From Planctomycetota bacterium (lineage in GTDB: Bacteria > Planctomycetota > UBA8108 > SXIK01), in contig CBDCXR010000004.1 of NCBI GenBank assembly GCA_965223845.1, positions 3,616,001 to 3,680,000 on the forward strand: DNA of 64,000 bases, given 5' to 3'. Within the stretch, counting starts at the first letter, position 1. The number at the start of each line of letters is the position of its first letter. A program made the position numbers and the translations under genes. The notes beneath the pieces were generated by a model. The model did not search any database and was not told the DNA's origin. It saw only the letters and a program-made list of their open reading frames with translations. This document shows positions 56,968-64,000 of this stretch, in pieces.

Positions 56968-58143
56968 TTAGGAGACCTGTCGCTCGACGACCGGCTCGGT
57001 CTCGGATTCACAGCTCGAGCTCGAGCCGCACGCGGTGTCACTCGCGCCCGACCCCGCACAGGTCGCGGCCGCAGCACCGGCAGCGGGCTTCAGGGGTAGG
57101 CTCTCCCCCTCGAGATACTCTCGCGGCGGCCGCGCGATACCGAACAGAGTGGCCCGCACCGTCGCGAGGAATCCGCGCACCGAGCCGAAGGTGTCATCGA
57201 CGGCCGTCGCCTCGTACCCGCAATGGACCATGCAGTCCGCACAGCGCTCGTCTCGACCGGTGCCGTAGCGATCCCAGTCGGTCTCGTTCATGAGCTCGTC
57301 GAACGACTCCGCGTAGCCGTCTTGAAGCAGGTAGCACGGTTTCTGCCACCCGAACACGTTGTAAGTCGGATTCCCCCACGGAGTGCAAGCGTAGTCCCGC
57401 CTTCCGGTGAGAAACTCGAGGAAGAGCGGCGACTGGTTGAAATCCCACGATCGTTTGGGCCGCTCGAGGATTTTCGCGAACATCTCTCGCGTCCGCCGCC
57501 GCTGGAGGAAGCTTCCCTGGTCCGGAGCCTTCGAATAGCTGTAGCCCGGCGACATCATCATGCCCTCGACGCCGAGAGCCGTCATTTCATCGAAAAACTC
57601 GCGCACCCGCGCGGGCTCAGCCCCTTCGAAGAGCGTCGTATTCGTCGTCACGCGAAATCCGCGCGCGATCGCCTCGCGCATCGCATCGATCGCGACGTCG
57701 TAGGTTCCCTCGCGGCAAACCGCGAAGTCGTGCTCATCCCGCAGCCCGTCCATGTGCACGCTAAAAGTCAGGAATTTCGTCGGCGTGAACTCGCCCAGGC
57801 GCTCGCGGAGGAGGAGCGCGTTCGTACACAGGTAGATGTACTTCTTCCGTTCGACGAGGCCCTCGACGATCTCGACGATCCGCGGATGCATCAGTGGCTC
57901 GCCGCCGGGGATGCTGACGATCGGCGCGCCGCACTCTTCGACGGCCGCGAAGCACTCGTCGGGAGTGAGCTCCTTCTTGAGGACGTGTGCGGGGTACTGG
58001 ATCTTCCCGCAGCCGGCGCACGCGAGGTTACAGCGAAAGAGCGGCTCGAGCATGAGGACGAGCGGGTAGCGCTTTCGCCTGAGGAGCTTCTGCTTGAGGA
58101 CGTAGGAGGTCACGGCCCAAGCTTGGGATGCGGGTACAGCCAA
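56968..58143 (-). CDS. hpnH: Adenosyl-hopene transferase (radical SAM, hopanoid biosynthesis)
   Basis: YPLVLMLEPLFRCNLACAGCGKIQYP, SIPGGEPL, CTPWGNP, CADCMVHCGYE. Confidence 0.95.
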   Translation of the reverse strand: MAVPASQAWAVTSYVLKQKLLRRKRYPLVLMLEPLFRCNLACAGCGKIQYPAHVLKKELTPDECFAAVEECGAPIVSIPGGEPLMHPRIVEIVEGLVERKKYIYLCTNALLLRERLGEFTPTKFLTFSVHMDGLRDEHDFAVCREGTYDVAIDAMREAIARGFRVTTNTTLFEGAEPARVREFFDEMTALGVEGMMMSPGYSYSKAPDQGSFLQRRRTREMFAKILERPKRSWDFNQSPLFLEFLTGRRDYACTPWGNPTYNVFGWQKPCYLLQDGYAESFDELMNETDWDRYGTGRDERCADCMVHCGYEATAVDDTFGSVRGFLATVRATLFGIARPPREYLEGESLPLKPAAGAAAATCAGSGASDTACGSSSSCESETEPVVERQVS

Positions 58144-58426
58144 GAGTCTCTCCGTTGGAGCCGGTCCCAGGGAACTGGCTCGGTTTCACCGGCCGACGCT
58201 TCCACCAGCCCCCGTCCATCGCCGCTCGTTTCCGCGAATGACTCACGCGGTGACGAATCCCCGCGATCGTCGAAGTGCGGCCCGCATCCGCTCCTCTCCG
58301 GTATTAGTTCGGCCAGCCGCTCGCGTTCACGTTGTGATACCCGCGGCTCGGACCAGATTCAACCAAGATCGACGCGAAGCGCGGGGCCGCGACGGAGGCG
58401 CTTCCCAGAGACTCAGTGCAGGCTCT

Positions 58427-59728
58427 TCACCGCGGCTCGTGACGAAACGCACGCTTTCCCGCGCCGTAGTCTCCCGCCACGTGCCCGCGGCCGCGCAAGT
58501 GGTACTTGTAAATCACGAGTCCCTCGAGTCCCACGGGGCCGCGCGCATGCGTCTTGTTGGTGCTCACGCCGACTTCCGCGCCGAAACCGTAGCGGAAGCC
58601 GTCGGCGAATCTCGTCGAAGCATTGTGGTAGACGCCAGCGGAATCGACCCGCGCGAGGAACGCATCGGCCGCGCTCTCGTCTTCGGTCACGATCGCGTCC
58701 GTGTGGTGAGATCCGTGCGAGTTAATGTGCTCGATCGCATCGTCGATGCTCTCGACCGTGCGAACGGCGAGGACGAGATCGAGAAACTCGGTGTCGAAGT
58801 CCTCCGGCGCAGCGGCGACGGATCCCGGAAAATACTCGCGGGAGTCCGCGTCCGCCCGAATCTGCACGCCTGCGTCCCTCAGCGCGGCCGCCACCGCGGG
58901 AAGCACCCGGGCGCGCGCGTCGCGGTGGACGAGAAGGGTTTCTGCGGCGTTGCACACGGCGGGATAGTTCGTCTTCGCATCGAGAACGACGCGGACGGCG
59001 GTGTCGGGATCGGCGGCGGCATCGAGATAGACGGAACAGATTCCGTCGGCGTGCCCGAGGACGGGGATGCGTGTCGAGTTTTGGATCGATCGCACGAGCT
59101 CGTTCGACCCGCGCGGGATCACGAGGTCGATCCACTCGTCGAGCGCGAGCATGTCGCGCACCTCCTCGCGCGTCGCGATGAGCTGCACCGCGTCTTCCGG
59201 CACTCCCGGCACGTCCGCGAGACCGGCGCGGATCGCCTCGACGATCGCGCGGTTCGTTCGATCGGCCTCGCTGCCGCCCTTCAGGATCACGGCGTTCGCA
59301 GACTTGAGGCTGAGGGCCGCGATCTGAAGTGCCGCGTCGGGGCGCGACTCGAAGATGACGCCGATCACCCCGATCGGACAGGTCACGCGCCGGAGCTCGA
59401 GACCATCGTCGAGCGAGATCGCGAACGTTTCGAGCCCGACCGGATCGGGGAGCGCCCGGAGGTCATCGAGACCGGCGAGACCGCCGTCGAACTTCGCGCC
59501 GGTGAAATCGAGGCGCTTCAGCAGCGGCGGAGTCATTTCGCCGCGCTCGACGAGCGCAGCGCCCTCGTCGCGATCGGCATCGTTCGCCGCCGAGATCGCA
59601 GCGCGCGCCGCCAGCAGGCGTTCACCGACCGCCTCGAGCGCGCGGTTTCGCGTCGCCGTGTCTGTCGCGGCGAGCTGGAGCGCGGCGGCGCGCGCGCGGC
59701 GGGCGATGTCCTCGATGGGAGTGGTCAT
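58427..59728 (-). CDS. proA: Glutamate-5-semialdehyde dehydrogenase
   Basis: IFESRP, LKGGSEA, IPRG, CNAAET, NASTRFADG, HARGPVGL. Confidence 0.96.
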   Translation of the reverse strand: MTTPIEDIARRARAAALQLAATDTATRNRALEAVGERLLAARAAISAANDADRDEGAALVERGEMTPPLLKRLDFTGAKFDGGLAGLDDLRALPDPVGLETFAISLDDGLELRRVTCPIGVIGVIFESRPDAALQIAALSLKSANAVILKGGSEADRTNRAIVEAIRAGLADVPGVPEDAVQLIATREEVRDMLALDEWIDLVIPRGSNELVRSIQNSTRIPVLGHADGICSVYLDAAADPDTAVRVVLDAKTNYPAVCNAAETLLVHRDARARVLPAVAAALRDAGVQIRADADSREYFPGSVAAAPEDFDTEFLDLVLAVRTVESIDDAIEHINSHGSHHTDAIVTEDESAADAFLARVDSAGVYHNASTRFADGFRYGFGAEVGVSTNKTHARGPVGLEGLVIYKYHLRGRGHVAGDYGAGKRAFRHEPR

Positions 59729-60083
59729 GGTCGGAGGGACGCAAGGGAGAGATCGAAACGTGCGGTCCGGGGATCGCCGCCGGCTCCGCGTAGCGCGGGA
59801 AACCTCGAGTCTAACCCGGACGTCTCGCTCGATTCCACCGCACGCGTGCCCGGCGAGAGACGACGCCGGCGTCCCCGTCCCGCGCGCGGCCGAGCGGCAC
59901 CGTGCGCCGAGATCGCTGAGCCTGGATTCCCCCGCGAAAGTTAGGGTAGGATCACGCGCTTAGCTTAGTTTCCTACTCGCTTCGACCCCACCCGACGGTT
60001 CGTCCGCTCGCGGTGCCGGTCGAATCAGGAGCGGAGTCTGCGCGCCTCGGTCGAACCGAGGCCATTCACGAAAGGCGAAAACC

Positions 60084-60602
60084 ATGAGCCAAGAACGAAC
60101 CGGTGTGATCACCTTCAAGGGCGGCCCTCTCACTCTGATCGGCCCCGGCCTTTCCGCGGGCGACGACGCACCCGACTTCGAGGCGATCAACCAAGGTCTC
60201 GAGCCGGTGACGCTCGCATCGTCGAAGGGGCGAGTGAGACTCTTCTCCGTCGTTCCGTCTCTCGACACGCCGGTGTGCTCCATCCAGACGAAGCGCTTCG
60301 CCGAGGCGATCGGGAACCTTCCCGACATCGTCGACGTCGTCACCGTGAGCGCGGATCTACCGTTCGCGCAGGCGCGTTGGTGCGGGGCGGAAGACGTGAC
60401 CGCGACGACGCTCTCCGATCACCGCTCGCTCTCGTTCGGCGAGGCGTACGGCGTGCTGATCAAGGAGCTCCGCCTCCTCTCGCGCGCGATTTTCGTCGTC
60501 GATGCGAACGATAAGCTCGCCTACGTCGAAATCGTCCCCGAGGTCACGTCGGAACCCGATTACGAGAAAGCGCTCGAAGCCGCTCGAGCCGCCGCTGGAT
60601 AA
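60084..60602 (+). CDS. tpx: Thiol peroxidase
   Basis: VPSLDTPVC, SADLPFAQARWC, EPDY. Confidence 0.95.
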   Translation: MSQERTGVITFKGGPLTLIGPGLSAGDDAPDFEAINQGLEPVTLASSKGRVRLFSVVPSLDTPVCSIQTKRFAEAIGNLPDIVDVVTVSADLPFAQARWCGAEDVTATTLSDHRSLSFGEAYGVLIKELRLLSRAIFVVDANDKLAYVEIVPEVTSEPDYEKALEAARAAAG

Positions 60603-60630
60603 CCTCGACGCCGCCGCGCCGCGCCGAACC

Positions 60631-61464
60631 TTGCCCGCTACGCCGCGTTTTATCTCCGGCACCTCGGTCGAAATCGTCGATCCTCCCCCGCGCGGGTCCG
60701 TCCGCCACGCGATCTTCGATTGGGACGGAACTCTGAGCTACATGCGCGACGGGTGGCAGGACTTCATGGTGCCGATGATGGTCGAAGTGCTCGAAGAGTG
60801 TCCGCGCGCCGAGGCGCGGGAGACTCTCGAGCGGCTCGTCATCGACTTCGTCGATCATCTCACCGGGAAGCAGACCATCTATCAGATGATCCGACTCGCC
60901 GAAGAGGTGGAGCGGCGCGGCGGAACGCCTCGACCCCCGATCGAGTACAAAGACGAATACTACCGTCGACTGAACGAGCACATCCTCGAGCGCTACGATC
61001 GGATTCGCGCGGGTGAGCGCGCGGCGGACGAGTTCCTGGTCGACGGCGCGCGACGGTTTCTCGAGCTGGCGCGCGCGCGCGATATCCGCTGCTACTTGGC
61101 GAGCGGAACCGACGTCGAATACATCGCGGAGGAGGCGCGTCTCGTCGGGCTCGAGCAGGAGTTCGACGGCGGGATCCACGGCGCCCTGCCGAACTACGAG
61201 GACTTCTCGAAAGCGAAGGTGATCCGCGACATCATCACGGCGAACGACCTCCACGGCCCCGAGTTGATGGTGGTCGGTGACGGTTACGTCGAGATCGAAA
61301 ACGGACGCGACGTCGGCGCCGTGCGCCTCGGGCTCGTCACGGAAGAGCGGAACCGCTACCACATGAACGAGAACAAGCGCGAGCGCCTCGTCCGCGCGGG
61401 CGCGCAGCTCATCGCTTCCGACCTCGGGGAAGGCGAGGCCGTCCTCGACTACCTCGAAGCCTAG
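60631..61464 (+). CDS. HAD-family hydrolase
   Basis: IFDWDGT, LASGT, SKAKV, VGDG. No ATG start; TTG 60631 (or CTG 60595) assumed. Confidence 0.82.
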   Translation: MPATPRFISGTSVEIVDPPPRGSVRHAIFDWDGTLSYMRDGWQDFMVPMMVEVLEECPRAEARETLERLVIDFVDHLTGKQTIYQMIRLAEEVERRGGTPRPPIEYKDEYYRRLNEHILERYDRIRAGERAADEFLVDGARRFLELARARDIRCYLASGTDVEYIAEEARLVGLEQEFDGGIHGALPNYEDFSKAKVIRDIITANDLHGPELMVVGDGYVEIENGRDVGAVRLGLVTEERNRYHMNENKRERLVRAGAQLIASDLGEGEAVLDYLEA

Positions 61465-61616
61465 CCGCCGCGCTCCACTCACACTCCGCCGAGGACTCCG
61501 CGCGTGCACGGCGGCCGGGCCGATTCTCGAGGACCGGGCGAGCGCCGGTGTTCGATGAGGCGCATCGGTAAGCAGGACGACCCGGCTTCGAGGCGCAGCG
61601 CTCGACGCATCGCCTC

Positions 61617-62696
61617 CTACCGCGCCGCGACACGCGTCGGCTCAGCCGGGCTGCGGACACTGTGTTCGTAGTCGAGCTCGACGACTCGCTCGAGGATGCC
61701 TTCGAGCTCCGTCTTCGTCTGAATCCGCTGGAACTCCGTCCGCAATGACGCGGCGCCCTGGATTCCTTTGATGTACCACGTCCCGAACTTGCGCATTTGA
61801 AGCGCCGCGATCTTCGGACAATCGTGGTTGTGCTCCGTGAGGAGATCGAAATGTTCGCGGATCACGCGAACGATCTCGGGAACCTTCGGCCGCTCGGGGA
61901 GAGAAGAACGAGTGAACACTCGCTCCAAATTGCGAAAGAGCCACGGATTGCCGAGGCAGCCTCGCCCGATCACGACGCCGTCGCATCCCGTCTCGGCCAT
62001 CATCTCGAGAGCGTCGGGAGCCTCGAATATATCGCCGTTTCCGAGCACCGGAATCGAAACCGCCGACTTGAGGCGAGCGATGTGTTCCCAGCGGGCCGCG
62101 CCGGAGTACATCTGCGCGGCCGTGCGCGCGTGGAGAGCGATCCACGCGCATCCTTCGCCCTCGGCGACTCGCCCCGCTTCGAGATAGGTGTGCCGCTCTT
62201 CGTCGAGTCCGATGCGAACTTTGATCGTCACCGGGACGTCGCCCGCACCTCGCACAACCTCGGCGACGACGCGACGAAAATTCTTCGCGTCGAGAACCGC
62301 GGCGGCGCCCATGCCCTTGCGGACGAGTTTCTGTACCGGGCAACCGAAGTTGATGTCGATGTGGTCGACGTCGAGTTCCTCGCGGAGCTTTCTCGCCGAA
62401 TCCCCCATCGCACCGGGATCGCAGCCGAAGATTTGAATCGATCGCGGTCGTTCCTCCTCACCGAAGTGCGCGAGATGCCAGGTCTTCCGGCTCCCCTCGA
62501 GAATACCGCGAGAGCTGACCATCTCCGCGACGCACAGACCCGCACCGTGCTCCGAGCAAATTCGGCGATAGGGATAGTTCGTCACTCCGGCCATCGGCGC
62601 GAGCACGACGGGCGGCCAGATCGAAATCTTGTCGCCGAGTCCGAGCGGGGCGGCATCGCGCTGTTCGGCCGGCGATCCGGCGGTGAGTGGAGTCAT
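61617..62696 (-). CDS. dusB: tRNA dihydrouridine synthase
   Basis: LAPMAGV, INFGCPV, HART, GNGD, IGRG. Confidence 0.9.
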   Translation of the reverse strand: MTPLTAGSPAEQRDAAPLGLGDKISIWPPVVLAPMAGVTNYPYRRICSEHGAGLCVAEMVSSRGILEGSRKTWHLAHFGEEERPRSIQIFGCDPGAMGDSARKLREELDVDHIDINFGCPVQKLVRKGMGAAAVLDAKNFRRVVAEVVRGAGDVPVTIKVRIGLDEERHTYLEAGRVAEGEGCAWIALHARTAAQMYSGAARWEHIARLKSAVSIPVLGNGDIFEAPDALEMMAETGCDGVVIGRGCLGNPWLFRNLERVFTRSSLPERPKVPEIVRVIREHFDLLTEHNHDCPKIAALQMRKFGTWYIKGIQGAASLRTEFQRIQTKTELEGILERVVELDYEHSVRSPAEPTRVAAR

Positions 62697-63136
62697 CACT
62701 CGAGGGAGAGCTCGTCGCTGCGGAGGCGCAGGTACCGGCGCTGGAGACAGAGAACACGGAATACGGCGAGGCCCATGAGCGTCACCGTCGGGGCGAAATC
62801 GCCGTGCAGATCGCGCGGCCTGAGGTAGATCTGCCAGGCGATCGCGGCGGCGCCGACGCTGAGGACGGCGAAGTAGAATAGCATCAAGCGTCCGACGAAG
62901 TGGCGCCTTTCGGCAAAGAGCGCGGAAGCGTTTGCGCGGCGGCGGACGCGTTCCTCGAGATCGAGTCCCGTGTGCATTTGGGTGAGCGAAAACCAAATGA
63001 GGCACACAATAAGGACGCCGCTCAACGCGCTCGAGAAATGCGAGAACATCACCAAGATCACGCCGCAGACCGAGATGCAGACGGTCTCCGTCATCCACCA
63101 GAGGGCGATGCGCAAGGTGCTCTCTTGACTCGTCAT
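62696..63136 (-). CDS. Hypothetical 4-TM membrane protein
   Basis: SD GGAG, ATG 63136, four hydrophobic segments, stop overlaps the dusB start. Confidence 0.7.
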   Translation of the reverse strand: MTSQESTLRIALWWMTETVCISVCGVILVMFSHFSSALSGVLIVCLIWFSLTQMHTGLDLEERVRRRANASALFAERRHFVGRLMLFYFAVLSVGAAAIAWQIYLRPRDLHGDFAPTVTLMGLAVFRVLCLQRRYLRLRSDELSLE

Positions 63137-63337
63137 GTCTCCACTCGCGACGCGTTTTCGAAACAGCCATCGTACCGCGCGCGGCGCGACGAGGTCCAGC
63201 CGGTGGGTACGCCGAGGGCACCGGACAACGAACGAAACGGTGCGCCCCCGCGGCGCACTCACGCGCCGTCGATCGCCGCCGCCGACGCGGAGAACCGGAT
63301 GCGAAATCCGCGCGCGAGCCTGGTATTCTCGGGCGGC

Positions 63338-64000
63338 ATGAAACTGCATCCGCGAAGCCAACGACTGGAGACCGAATCGGCGTTCGAGGTCCTCGCGCGC
63401 GCGAAGGAGCTCGAACGGAGCGGACGCAGCATCGTGCACCTCGAAATCGGGCAGCCCGACTTTCCGACGCCGCGCCACATCGCGGACGCGGCGATCGCGG
63501 CGATCCGCGACGGCAAGACGGGGTACGGTCCGACGCCGGGGATCCCGGAGCTGCGCGAGGCGATCGCCGAGGACTCCCGTGCGCGGCGAGGGGTCAGCGT
63601 GAGTCCCGAGCAGGTGATCGTGACTCCCGGTGCAAAGCCCGTCATGTACTACGCGATCGAATCGCTGTGTGGCGAGGGCGACGAGGTCATCTATCCCGAT
63701 CCCGGCTTTCCGATGTACCGCTCGATCGTCGCCCACTCCGGCGCGACCGGCGTTCCGCTTCCGCTTCGTGAAGAGCACGAGTTTCGCTTCGACGCGGACG
63801 AGTTTCGCGCGCTCGTCAGTGATCGCACCCGACTCATCATCCTCAATTCGCCGCACAATCCGACCGGCGGCTCACTGACACGCGACGACTTGAACGTCGT
63901 CGCGGAAGCGAGCGCCGCGACCGGGGCCGTCGTTCTCTCCGACGAAATCTACATCCGCTTCGTTTACGACGGCGCATTTGCGACGATCGCCGCGCTTCCG
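63338..64000 (+). CDS. PLP-dependent aspartate aminotransferase-like enzyme (class I/II), truncated by the window end
   Basis: MKLHPRSQRLETESAFEVLARA, HLEIGQPDF, GIPELREAIA, NSPHNPTG, SDEIY. Absent from the ORF track because it has no stop in the window. Confidence 0.93.
   Translation, partial: MKLHPRSQRLETESAFEVLARAKELERSGRSIVHLEIGQPDFPTPRHIADAAIAAIRDGKTGYGPTPGIPELREAIAEDSRARRGVSVSPEQVIVTPGAKPVMYYAIESLCGEGDEVIYPDPGFPMYRSIVAHSGATGVPLPLREEHEFRFDADEFRALVSDRTRLIILNSPHNPTGGSLTRDDLNVVAEASAATGAVVLSDEIYIRFVYDGAFATIAALP

Noticed and set aside
632-59944. Many long antisense or off-frame ORFs (e.g. 632-2203, 4602-6386, 43257-45593, 48192-50510, 54845-56971, 58238-59944)
   Set aside because: Shadow ORFs of real genes in a high-GC genome with strong NNC/NNG codon bias; Arg-rich and without motifs.
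1-64000. CRISPR arrays, IS elements, prophage, defence systems
   Set aside because: No regularly spaced repeats and no transposase, integrase, phage or nuclease motifs recognised by eye.

Overview
High-GC chromosomal backbone, probably from a Planctomycetota bacterium. That assignment is inferred from a PVC-type CxxCH dehydrogenase, CRTAC1/ASPIC and TPR lipoproteins, Cys-flanked dockerin tails and an ECF/Ser-Thr-kinase cluster. I call about 43 CDS and two tRNAs (Glu-CTC, Gln-CTG), and see no integrase, transposase, prophage or CRISPR array. Housekeeping genes (fabF, lipA, gltX, leuB, argS, infA, hpnH, proA, tpx, dusB) are interleaved with many secreted or surface proteins. Most interesting: (1) a cohesin/PKD protein whose last beta-sandwich domain is interrupted by a TM-basic-TM-Cys-polyGly insert resembling an internal lipoprotein signal, a possible lipopeptide-complemented anchor for the two non-enzymatic or non-CAZyme dockerin proteins in the window; (2) a translationally coupled operon encoding an FHA protein, a polytopic Ser/Thr kinase, a membrane protein and an ECF sigma factor fused to a variant zinc anti-sigma domain; (3) several different C-terminal sorting signals plus an ABC-permease/CPBP protease fusion; (4) a matrixin paired with a possible TIMP-like partner behind a structured leader; (5) an Rdx protein with CxxG instead of CxxC/U. 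All family calls are by-eye motif recognition, not database searches, and several start codons are best guesses.
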